47,753 nt of DNA from a virus (Duplodnaviria; Caudoviricetes), in IMG/VR virus record IMGVR_UViG_3300037467_000774, positions 1 to 47,753 of that record. One strand, given 5' to 3'. The notes beneath the pieces were generated by a model that was not told the DNA's origin, searched no databases, and worked only from the letters and a program-made list of their open reading frames with translations. The position numbers were made by a program, and so were the translations under genes. Position 1 is the first letter of the stretch. Each line of letters opens with the position of its first letter. Shown here one piece after another: positions 1 to 7,491 of the stretch.

Positions 1-150
1 GGCGACGACGCCCAAGTTGCCGACGAAGCGGTCGGTCGAGGCGGTGCCGATCGCGCGCTGCGCCTGCGCCAGCACCGACACGAACTCGACGTTGAGCGGG
101 ATGCCGTTCATCTCGGGCGGCGGCGGCGGGATCGCGCCGGCTTCGAGCAG
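1..150. repeat. Terminal direct repeat (circular overlap), left copy
   Basis: 1-150 matches 47607-47753 except for one extra CGG unit in the GGGCGGCGG run. Confidence 0.97.
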
Positions 151-1395
151 GTCGGCGAAGCACATCTCGACCATCGGCGACAGAAGCTCGTAGTGCAGCT
201 GCTCGAGCACCGGCCCGAGTACCAGCATCTTCTCCTCGTGCCGCTCGGCGATCTCGGTCGCCGTCATCGTCGTCGGCTCCATCTGCGTCAGCATCAGGAA
301 CAGGTCGGCGAAGAACGCCTGGTTGATGCGCTGGCGAATGTCCTGAATGTCGGCGAGCAGGTGGTTGAGGTCGAGGTTCGATTGGAACATCTGCCGCGAC
401 GCGCCGCTGTTGGGCTCGGCGGTGTTGAAATAGGTGACGCCGCCAGGCAGCAGGTCGGCCTTGCCGTCGGCGGTGGTCGGCAGGCCGATCGGCGGCTTGG
501 TCTGGTAGTCGATGCCCTGCGCCTTGCGCAGCTGCTCGTGCTGAAGCTGCTTGATGTCGCCGAGCGCTTCCATGCCCGGCGAGTTGCCGTAGACGTCGCC
601 GCCGGTCGCGTGCCAGCGCGGCGCGACCAGCCGGAAGCGCTTGAGTCCGCTTTCGCTGAGATACTGCCCCGGCGCCGCGCCCTTCTCGAAGTAGCACGAG
701 GCGTAGGGCATGTTCTTCGCCCCGCCCGCGTCATAGTCGCGCTCCTCGCGCGGCTCGATGCCGTGGATGATGGTGATCCACTGGTCGACCTGGTTGCGGT
801 CGAACAGCGAGCGCACCGAATTGCTGCAATTCTCGCGCCCGAACTTCTTGACCAGCGCGCCGACGCGAATGTCGACCTCACGGTAGAAGGCGTTGACCAT
901 GCCCTCGTAGTCGGTGGCGATGGCGTATTCGCCGCAGGTGAAGGTGTAGTTGTGCTGCACCCGCTCGAAATTCGGCATGATGAGGTTGGCGGCGGTGCCG
1001 AAGCAGCCAAGTTCCTCGTAGATGGTGTGCAGCGCGCGGTAGTGGTTGCCCTTGGCGAACACCCGCAGCATCAGCTTGCGGCAGTCGTTGAGCCACTGCT
1101 TGACGCTGTGGTGCTCGTCGAGCGTGTCGTTGCTGGTGGTCAGCCGGAACCAGGGGCGCGCCGGGCTGGTCATGCCGGCCATGAGCCCTGCGGCGAGCAC
1201 GCGCAGCGCCCGCGTGCCGGTGCTGTCGTAGATCGCGTTGTGGCGCTTCTCGCCCTTGTTGCGATCAGAGGTGAAGAACCGCCCGAGGCGCGGCTGAAGG
1301 TAGCGTGACAGCTCGGTCCAGTGCGGCACCCACGACGCGCGTTCGGTTTTCAGCGCCTCCCACCGGCGCACCATCTTGTCCTTGTCGGCGGCCAT
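1..1395 (-). CDS. Portal (head-tail connector) protein, N-terminal 465 codons; continues across the junction into 47606-47313
   Basis: Not in the ORF track because it runs off the edge. ATG at 1395 gives MAADKDKMVRRWEALKTERASWVPHW...IYDSTGTRALRVLAAGLMAGMTSPARPWF...VYGNSPGMEALGDIKQLQ, a T7/BPP-1 Bbp21-type portal. The frame is continuous with the 47313 ORF (~562 aa in total). Confidence 0.95.
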   Translation of the reverse strand, partial: MAADKDKMVRRWEALKTERASWVPHWTELSRYLQPRLGRFFTSDRNKGEKRHNAIYDSTGTRALRVLAAGLMAGMTSPARPWFRLTTSNDTLDEHHSVKQWLNDCRKLMLRVFAKGNHYRALHTIYEELGCFGTAANLIMPNFERVQHNYTFTCGEYAIATDYEGMVNAFYREVDIRVGALVKKFGRENCSNSVRSLFDRNQVDQWITIIHGIEPREERDYDAGGAKNMPYASCYFEKGAAPGQYLSESGLKRFRLVAPRWHATGGDVYGNSPGMEALGDIKQLQHEQLRKAQGIDYQTKPPIGLPTTADGKADLLPGGVTYFNTAEPNSGASRQMFQSNLDLNHLLADIQDIRQRINQAFFADLFLMLTQMEPTTMTATEIAERHEEKMLVLGPVLEQLHYELLSPMVEMCFADLLEAGAIPPPPPEMNGIPLNVEFVSVLAQAQRAIGTASTDRFVGNLGVVA

Positions 1396-1399
1396 CCGG

Positions 1400-1582
1400 T
1401 CAGCCCGCGAACTGCGCGGGGCGTGCGCCCTGCTGCGTGTAGATGCGCGAGCCGAAGCTGCGGTTGGGCGACGATGGCCCGGCGGGCGTCATCAGTGTTC
1501 CGCGCTGCGCGGCCTGCGAGGCGAAGATCGGCGCGAGCAGTGCGCGCACCGGGTGGTCGTTGGGGCCTTGCGGGGCGCACAT
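1400..1582 (-). CDS. Small virion-associated protein (Met-Cys start)
   Basis: MCAPQG... with GGAGG upstream; lies between the 110-aa virion gene and the portal. Confidence 0.6.
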   Translation of the reverse strand: MCAPQGPNDHPVRALLAPIFASQAAQRGTLMTPAGPSSPNRSFGSRIYTQQGARPAQFAG

Positions 1583-1586
1583 CACG

Positions 1587-1919
1587 TCAGCCTCCAAGCA
1601 ACGTGGCGCGGCCGAGCAGCGTCGGTTCAGGGGTCGAGCCGCCAGGGCCCGTCAGCATCGTGGAGCCGACCCCACTGCCGCCGAGCCCGAGGTTCTGCTG
1701 GATCATCGTCGCGAAATCGCTCTGCTTGCGGTTCGCGCTGTTGATGAGCCGTTCGTTCGCGGCCTTGTCGTCTGCTGCCTGCTTCAGCGCCTGGGTCTGC
1801 GCCTGCTGCATCGCCTTCTTCTGCGAGGAGGCGGCCTTGTTCGCGCTGTAGATGCTTGCCCCGGCCGCGATAGCCGAACCGGCGACGACAGCGATGGGAA
1901 GTGCAAGTGGTCCGCACAT
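1587..1919 (-). CDS. Small ejection/virion protein (T7 gp7.3-like position, upstream of portal)
   Basis: MC start, hydrophobic Ala/Gly N-terminus, Q/A coiled coil, and a STMLTGPGG...TLLGG end typical of pre-portal podovirus proteins. Confidence 0.8.
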   Translation of the reverse strand: MCGPLALPIAVVAGSAIAAGASIYSANKAASSQKKAMQQAQTQALKQAADDKAANERLINSANRKQSDFATMIQQNLGLGGSGVGSTMLTGPGGSTPEPTLLGRATLLGG

Positions 1920-1948
1920 GGACGGGTGGCCCTTTCATTCGGGGGCCG

Positions 1949-1981
1949 AGGATAGGGCTGCGCGTCGCGCTTAAGCGTACG
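1949..1981 (-). promoter_or_regulatory. Putative late promoter copy 1 (CGTACGCTTAAG-N15-TATCCT)
   Basis: Exact 12-mer at 1970-1981, 15-nt spacer and a -10-like hexamer, upstream of the portal operon. Confidence 0.75.
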
Positions 1982-1989
1982 GGGATGGA

Positions 1990-2055
1990 GCAGGGGGCCG
2001 AGGTAACAGGGGGAAACCCTCGGCCCCCACGACCAGGAGGGGAGCCTTGTCGCCC
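1990..2055 (-). ncRNA. Candidate structured small RNA or leader with two C-rich-loop hairpins
   Basis: 11-bp stem 1993-2003/2018-2028 with a loop containing TTTCCCCC; upstream hairpin with loop CTCCCCT; directly downstream of promoter copy 2. Confidence 0.45.
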
Positions 2056-2059
2056 GAGG

Positions 2060-2092
2060 ATGATGCTACCGGCAGGGGCGCTTAAGCGTACG
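2060..2092 (-). promoter_or_regulatory. Putative late promoter copy 2 (CGTACGCTTAAG-N15-CATCAT)
   Basis: Exact 12-mer at 2081-2092. Confidence 0.7.
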
Positions 2093-2234
2093 GGTCGTGC
2101 CAGCGCTTCGGCGCGCGTGGCAGCGGCTTCTCCTCGGGGTCGACGACCGGGCGGCCTTCGAGCGTCGTGCGCCGGCCGTCCTCGTGGAGATGCACGAGCT
2201 TGCCCTTGTGGCTGGCGAGGATGGGTTCATTCAT
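2082..2234 (-). CDS. Hypothetical 50-aa protein
   Basis: MNEPILASHKGKLVHLHEDGRRTTLEGRPVVDPEEKPLPRAPKRWHDPYA; start overlaps the terL stop; phage-like codon usage. Confidence 0.6.
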   Translation of the reverse strand: MNEPILASHKGKLVHLHEDGRRTTLEGRPVVDPEEKPLPRAPKRWHDPYA

Positions 2235-3846
2235 AGGGATTGTAGTCCCTCTGCTTGCGCGTTCCGAAAATCCTGTCGAGGTGCGCCATCTTGGGCGTTT
2301 CGATCAGCCCGAGGATATAGGCCGATGCCCGGTCGGGCGAGCGGCCGATGCGCTCGATGATCTGGTCGCGGCTCTCGATCTCGATGATCGGGCCGCGCAG
2401 CCGCCACTTGGGCGCGGTCAGCTCGGCCAGCAGTTCAGATTCGTCGGGCAGCATGGCGCCGGTGTTGTTCGACGGGTCGAGCCATTCACGCATTCGCCAC
2501 CACAATTCGCTGCGCAGGTTGGCGAAGCTCAGCCGCCCGCTCCTGTCGTGGCCGAGGCTCTTTTCGGCGACGTTGACACCGATGACCTGCTGCTTCGCGC
2601 TGCGCAGGAAGTCGTACGGGCTGGCGCCGACGCCGATCACGTCGATGTGGATGGGCGCCGCGTCGCGCAGCGCGGCGATGACCAGGCCCGAGACCGCAGG
2701 GCCGTCGGGCGTCTGCGTGCCGGGGTAGACCAGAGTGCGGTCGAACCAGTTGCCGTGGCGCCGCGCGATCGTCGTCTGGTCCTTGCCGCCGCGCGCCACG
2801 TCGACACCCATGCTGTCCATCTCGGGCTTGACGTTGGGCTCGCGCCAACGGGCCATCGCCGCCTCGATCCACAGCGTCGGGATGACCTGCCAAGGGTCGT
2901 CCTCCATGCCCGCCGCGAAGTCGCCCTTGAGCATCTGCGAGCGGAGCGGCTCGGGTAGCGCCTGAAGCTGTGCCATGTAGCCGGTTCCGTAGAGGTGGGG
3001 GTTGTCGGTGACGCGCGCCGGGATGAACGTGCGCGACTTGGGCGTGATGATCTCCTCGGGCGGATAGTCCTCGGGGTCGAAGTCGTAGCAGGGCTCGCCG
3101 TCGGCCAGCACGAACGGCTCGGGGCCGTCGACCCACAGGTCGCGGCTGGTGCCGTTGTCGGCCGGCACCATCGCCGCCCACAGCAGCTTGCCCGGCTCCT
3201 GCGGGTAGAGCGGGTGTTTCTTGTCGAGCCAGGGGCCGAAGAACGTCACCAACCACCGCCCTTCGGCACTGGTCGGCGGGTTGAAGGTCAGGAGCATCTG
3301 GCACTTCTGGTTCGGGTCGACCGAGCGAATCCAGCCGGCGAGGAAGCGGATCTGCGTCTCGAGGAAGTTGGCGGCCTCGTCGGGCCACAGCAGGTCGTGC
3401 GGGCGGCCCTGGTACTTCTTCTCGTCGCCGAGGTTGGGCACCGCGCCGAACTCGATCTGCAAGGGCACGCCGTCACGGCGTTTGGTGCGCCAGATGTTCT
3501 GCTGCCCGTTGAAGCCGTCGCGGTTGCCGAACAGTTCGGTGAAGCGGTCGACGATGCCGGTGAGCTCGGTACCGACGCGGCGCAGCACCATGACCTTCTG
3601 GTGTTGAGTAATCGACTTGCCACAGCCCAAATCCGTCTTGCCGCCGCCAGCCGCGCCGCCGTAGCCGATGATGTCGGCCTCGCTCTCGTAGGCCATCGTC
3701 TGCGGCCCCGCGAGCGGGCGCCATGGCACCGCGCTCCACTGCGCGACGATGGCGTCGATCTGCCGGCGCTCTGCCGCTGTCAGGTAGGGCAGAAGCTCGG
3801 CGATCTCCTCGGGCGAGTAGCTATCGAGCGGCGCGCTTGAGGTCAT
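2227..3846 (-). CDS. terL: Terminase large subunit
   Basis: PLAGPQ adenine-binding motif, Walker A GGAAGGGKT, DEA Walker B, TFNP motif, RNase H-like GVDVARGG and SPDRA. Confidence 0.95.
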   Translation of the reverse strand: MTSSAPLDSYSPEEIAELLPYLTAAERRQIDAIVAQWSAVPWRPLAGPQTMAYESEADIIGYGGAAGGGKTDLGCGKSITQHQKVMVLRRVGTELTGIVDRFTELFGNRDGFNGQQNIWRTKRRDGVPLQIEFGAVPNLGDEKKYQGRPHDLLWPDEAANFLETQIRFLAGWIRSVDPNQKCQMLLTFNPPTSAEGRWLVTFFGPWLDKKHPLYPQEPGKLLWAAMVPADNGTSRDLWVDGPEPFVLADGEPCYDFDPEDYPPEEIITPKSRTFIPARVTDNPHLYGTGYMAQLQALPEPLRSQMLKGDFAAGMEDDPWQVIPTLWIEAAMARWREPNVKPEMDSMGVDVARGGKDQTTIARRHGNWFDRTLVYPGTQTPDGPAVSGLVIAALRDAAPIHIDVIGVGASPYDFLRSAKQQVIGVNVAEKSLGHDRSGRLSFANLRSELWWRMREWLDPSNNTGAMLPDESELLAELTAPKWRLRGPIIEIESRDQIIERIGRSPDRASAYILGLIETPKMAHLDRIFGTRKQRDYNPYE

Positions 3847-4198
3847 CGGCGAGGAACTTCGCGGCTGCGCCCATCAGCGCATAATCGCCGTCCGACCAGG
3901 CCGTGTGGATCACCCCATCGGTGCCGATCGCGACCAGCGCGACGCTGACGATCTCGTGAGCGTGAACGCCGTCGATCGCACGGCCGAGCGTGTTGAGCGG
4001 GTTGCCGCTGGCGCTCTCGATGATCTCGGCCTCGAAGCTGAACGGGTGGCTCTTGATCCACTGCCCGCCGCCGAACCAGTCGCGCTCGAAGCGCTCGGCT
4101 TCGGACGCTTCGACGCGCGCCTCGGCCTTGTCCTTCAGGCCGTCGATGATCGGCTGGAACGCACGGAACAGGCGCGAGCGGCGGGTGAGGGCGACCAT
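3821..4198 (-). CDS. Hypothetical protein
   Basis: MVALTRRSRL..., in the terminase operon with coupled overlaps. Confidence 0.6.
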   Translation of the reverse strand: MVALTRRSRLFRAFQPIIDGLKDKAEARVEASEAERFERDWFGGGQWIKSHPFSFEAEIIESASGNPLNTLGRAIDGVHAHEIVSVALVAIGTDGVIHTAWSDGDYALMGAAAKFLADDLKRAAR

Positions 4199-4275
4199 CA
4201 CAGGACCAGCACCACAGCGAGGATTACAGCTGCGGCGAGGGGCAGCGCGCAGCCGACGATCGGCGCCCACGCCAT
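4198..4275 (-). CDS. Possible 25-aa membrane peptide
   Basis: MAWAPIVGCALPLAAAVILAVVLVL with GAGG upstream; its stop overlaps the next ATG. Confidence 0.4.
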   Translation of the reverse strand: MAWAPIVGCALPLAAAVILAVVLVL

Positions 4276-4307
4276 GCGGTCCTCGGCGCTGTCGGGGTGC
4301 CACAGGC

Positions 4308-4733
4308 TCACGCGAGGTCGCTCCCGTCCTTGGCCTGGCGCTCCCTGGCGGCGGCGAGGATGGCGGCGATGCTTTGCGCGGGGTCGGCGGCCGGTGCGTC
4401 GTTGCCGTTCACGTCGGTCTGCGCGGTCTGGATGCGCTCGCCGTAGCGCTGTGGGTTGAGCTTCGCGAGATACCAGCGGTCGGCATCGAAGGCGAGGCGC
4501 CCTAGCGCGGCGTCCTTCGCACTCTTGGCCTTCTCGACGGCCTGGTCGGCGCGTTCATCGAAGCCAAGGTCGCGCGCGCGGGCGATAGCCGCCGCGATAT
4601 CGGGGTCGTCATCGCACCAACGCTGGATGGTCGAACGGTTGGGAAATCCCTGCTCTGCGCAAATCGCGCTGAGCGACAAGCCCTTGGCAAGCTCCTCACA
4701 AATCCTGGGCACAACCTGATCGCGGTCAAGCAT
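4308..4733 (-). CDS. terS: Terminase small subunit
   Basis: ICEELAKGLSLSAIC...PNRSTIQRW...ARARD...WYLAKLNPQRYGE is an Sf6-like TerS signature; lies upstream of terL. Confidence 0.9.
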   Translation of the reverse strand: MLDRDQVVPRICEELAKGLSLSAICAEQGFPNRSTIQRWCDDDPDIAAAIARARDLGFDERADQAVEKAKSAKDAALGRLAFDADRWYLAKLNPQRYGERIQTAQTDVNGNDAPAADPAQSIAAILAAARERQAKDGSDLA

Positions 4734-5038
4734 CAGAACCCACGCTCGATCAGCCGCGAGTGCGGAGCCTTCACGCTCAGCTTCACGCGGCGATAACCCA
4801 CCGCAGCCGTCGCGCGGCGTCGGAAGTTGATGATGTCGTACACGGTGCCCTTGCTCACCTCGAACTTCCTCGCAATCTCGCCGAACGACAGGGGCTTCGC
4901 GCCATCGGTCGGGTTGCGGAGCTCGTGGATAAGATCCACCTCGGCATCACTGAGCTTCGCGCACTGGTGGTCCTCACCCACCCGGTAGTTCTTGTCGTTC
5001 ACCCCGACCATCCGGCTCTCGCCGTAAGGGATATGCAT
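4733..5038 (-). CDS. HTH DNA-binding protein, candidate late-transcription activator
   Basis: GEDHQCAKLSDAEV...LSFGEIARKFEVSKGTVYDI helix-turn-helix. Start trimmed from the 182-aa ORF, which runs through AT-rich intergenic DNA. Confidence 0.75.
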   Translation of the reverse strand: MHIPYGESRMVGVNDKNYRVGEDHQCAKLSDAEVDLIHELRNPTDGAKPLSFGEIARKFEVSKGTVYDIINFRRRATAAVGYRRVKLSVKAPHSRLIERGF

Positions 5039-5069
5039 CGTCCGACCCCCCGGTCGTTGACCCTCCCTA

Positions 5070-5112
5070 ACGATGAGTCGTTTTTCGCATGAGGTCAATG
5101 CGATTTTTGGAT
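5070..5112 (-). promoter_or_regulatory. Sigma70-type promoter (TTGACC-N17-CATCGT) with operator-like sites
   Basis: -35 at 5093-5098, -10 at 5070-5075; ATGCGAAAAACGACT in the spacer and ATGCGATTTTTGGAT at 5098-5112. Confidence 0.6.
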
Positions 5113-5149
5113 GAGCGGTTTTCGGGTTCTTAACCGGGGTGAGCGCCCC

Positions 5150-5285
5150 GCGCCGGGTGACACGCAACGCATGACACACATGGGGGGTCGCCAACTTTCC
5201 CAGAATCGCACTTTTTATCACATACGTAAGCTTTATAATAAAGATGTGTGTCAGTGTGTCAGTAGTAGTTAAGTATCTCATTACG
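5150..5285. other. Putative replication origin
   Basis: AT-rich tract just downstream of the primase/VapE gene, flanked by TGACAC twice (5158, 5172) and inverted GTGTCA twice (5248, 5256). Confidence 0.45.
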
Positions 5286-7491
5286 CTAGGTTTTCCGCGT
5301 CACGCATCCCGACACTCTTGTGAAACGCATCTAGACTTGGGTGTCGCCAACCACGCACAATCGCGCCTTCTTCGCGCCGAAAACCGGGTTTGAAGCCCAT
5401 ATCTCGTAAAATTTTGCAGATTCGATTGCGCACAGCCTTGTTGTGATTTTTTGCGTCCAGCAGCAAAGCACCCCTCGCGACACGCTCCGCAGTCGTGAAA
5501 AATGACCCGTCCCAATGGCTGTCGTCGTGCGGCGCTTCGATCGAAACCAGCCATTTCGCGACGGCTGCTTCCCACATATCCTCGACCATGTAGCGCTCGA
5601 TCTCGCTTTTCCCGAGGTCGTGGGCGCCCTGCCACATCACCCCCTTTTCGCGATACAGGGCCGCGCCCTCGGCCCACAGCTGCTCGCGCATGGCCCTCGC
5701 CTTCTCGCGGTTGGAGTTGCTGACCCTGACCGGCAGCCAGCGGCGCTTGCCGCTCTCGCCGTCGAACAGGTCTTCGTCGTTGGTCGTGCCGACCAGCACC
5801 AGGCGCCGAGGATAGTGAGTTTTCTTCTCCTTGTACTTGGGCGTCCACTCCTCGACCTGCGTGGTGATGAACCCCTTGGTGCCCTCGCCGCCGCGTCCTT
5901 GCAGGCCGCGCATCTCCTCGATTTCGCCGAGCAGCGCGCCGCGCATCTTGCGCGACAGATCGGCGTCGCGGTGGGCGAGGTCGATCTTGGTGTAGTTGGC
6001 GAGGCTCGGCACCAGCGCCTGCAGCGTCGTCGTCTTGTAGTGGCCCTCCTCGCTGAGCAGGATGGGCACCATGTCGACCTGTACCGGGGCGTCGAGCACG
6101 CGGCCGGCGTGCGCGGTCCACCAGTAGGTCGCGACGGCGCGGGTGTAGGGTGTATCCTCGGCGCCGAACACTTCACTGAGGAAGGTCTCGACGCGCGGCG
6201 TCCCGTCCCACTTGAGCGATTCCAGCCACTCGACCGCGCTGTCGATGCGCAGCCGCTCGCACACGCCGTCGATCGCGTCGCGCATGATCTCCTTGCCGAC
6301 CGGCTTGAACCCCAACTGGTCGAGGCGGCGGCGCATCAGGGCCATGTCGGCGTCGCGCAGGGGCCGCCAGCCGGGGCCCTCCTCGAAGCCGATCACCTCC
6401 TCGCCGAGGAACGTGTCGTAGGCGACCTTGAAACCGAACCACGCGGGGTTCTCGAGCGCGAGCATGACGTTGTGCAGCAGCGCGGGGATCTCACCCGTCT
6501 TGACGTTGACCTGAAGGAAGCGCGGCCGGGCCGGCGGCTCCTTGGCCTTGTCGTCGGCGACAGCGGGCAGCGTCTCGAAGTCCGAGCTCGTGCCGCAACC
6601 TACCTTTTCCCTGAACTCGTCGTCGGTGCGCTTGGCGCAACTGGCGTGAAGGCACTTGTAATGCCCGACTTCATAGCCGTTTGTACCAGCAGGAAACCAG
6701 CAAGCTTCAGTGACACCAGAGTCTGAGCTGTGGCCATCAGCCCAAGGGCAAGCCACGAAAAGTTGTCCATCTCTACCCTCCGCTAATACGAGGCCCTGCT
6801 CGACCAGGTGCTCGGCCGTCAGGTCGGTCGCGTGGAAGTCCGCGCCGCGCCGCCTTGTGCCCGCCTCGTAGGCGGTGTCGGGCAGGGCGTAGAGGTCGAC
6901 GATGTTCGCCCACGCCGCCTCGAACTGAGCGGCGCTGACGACGGGAAAGTCGGGCGGCCCGCCGTCCCACTCGTAACGCGACCCGCTCGGATGGGTGCCA
7001 CAGGCCACGAACTGCTGCCCATTGCCAAGGAACTCGACGAGGCCGTGCTCCGTCCTGAACGACCGCTTCGGCAGGTCGCCCTCGACGATGAAAGCAAGCA
7101 GCATCTTGGCCGAGGCGGGGCGCCGATGGCGCGTCGGCAGGAGCATTCCGAGCGTCGTCGTGAAGTCGATCGCGATGGCTTCGGCCTGGCTATGGTCGAC
7201 GTCGATGTCGAGCGCTCGGCATAGCCGAGTCTGGATGCAGATGCCGAGCCGGTCATCGGCTGACCAGCGCTCGATCTCCTTGCCCGTCGTGCGCTTCGAC
7301 GTCCAATCGGGGATGCCAACGGCATAATCGTTCGCGTTGAACAGCGAAGGCGTCTTGCCCAGGGCCTTCATCTTCGAGGCGTCGCTGATGATCGCCGTCG
7401 GGTCGCTGACGACAGGCAGCAAGTCCTCGGTCAGCCCGAGGCCCAGGTCGAAGTGAATCCAATCCTCTTTCGAGGCCCCCCAATGTGTCAT
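5281..7491 (-). CDS. Primase-polymerase (Prim-Pol) fused to VapE-like P-loop helicase
   Basis: ALDIDVD, GQQFVACGTHPSG and CLHASC in the N-terminal half; VapE-like GEIEEM and VLVGTTND...RRWLP in the C-terminal half. Confidence 0.9.
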   Translation of the reverse strand: MTHWGASKEDWIHFDLGLGLTEDLLPVVSDPTAIISDASKMKALGKTPSLFNANDYAVGIPDWTSKRTTGKEIERWSADDRLGICIQTRLCRALDIDVDHSQAEAIAIDFTTTLGMLLPTRHRRPASAKMLLAFIVEGDLPKRSFRTEHGLVEFLGNGQQFVACGTHPSGSRYEWDGGPPDFPVVSAAQFEAAWANIVDLYALPDTAYEAGTRRRGADFHATDLTAEHLVEQGLVLAEGRDGQLFVACPWADGHSSDSGVTEACWFPAGTNGYEVGHYKCLHASCAKRTDDEFREKVGCGTSSDFETLPAVADDKAKEPPARPRFLQVNVKTGEIPALLHNVMLALENPAWFGFKVAYDTFLGEEVIGFEEGPGWRPLRDADMALMRRRLDQLGFKPVGKEIMRDAIDGVCERLRIDSAVEWLESLKWDGTPRVETFLSEVFGAEDTPYTRAVATYWWTAHAGRVLDAPVQVDMVPILLSEEGHYKTTTLQALVPSLANYTKIDLAHRDADLSRKMRGALLGEIEEMRGLQGRGGEGTKGFITTQVEEWTPKYKEKKTHYPRRLVLVGTTNDEDLFDGESGKRRWLPVRVSNSNREKARAMREQLWAEGAALYREKGVMWQGAHDLGKSEIERYMVEDMWEAAVAKWLVSIEAPHDDSHWDGSFFTTAERVARGALLLDAKNHNKAVRNRICKILRDMGFKPGFRREEGAIVRGWRHPSLDAFHKSVGMRDAENLA

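Noticed and set aside
1970-2092. Mini CRISPR array from two GCGCTTAAGCGTACGGG copies
   Set aside because: The repeat is short, there are only two copies 111 bp apart, and further copies sit at operon starts, which fits promoters. The Cas4-like DUF2800 is a routine phage nuclease.
5039-5281. N-terminal extension of the 182-aa ORF
   Set aside because: It runs through AT-rich promoter/origin-like DNA; the downstream start is more plausible.
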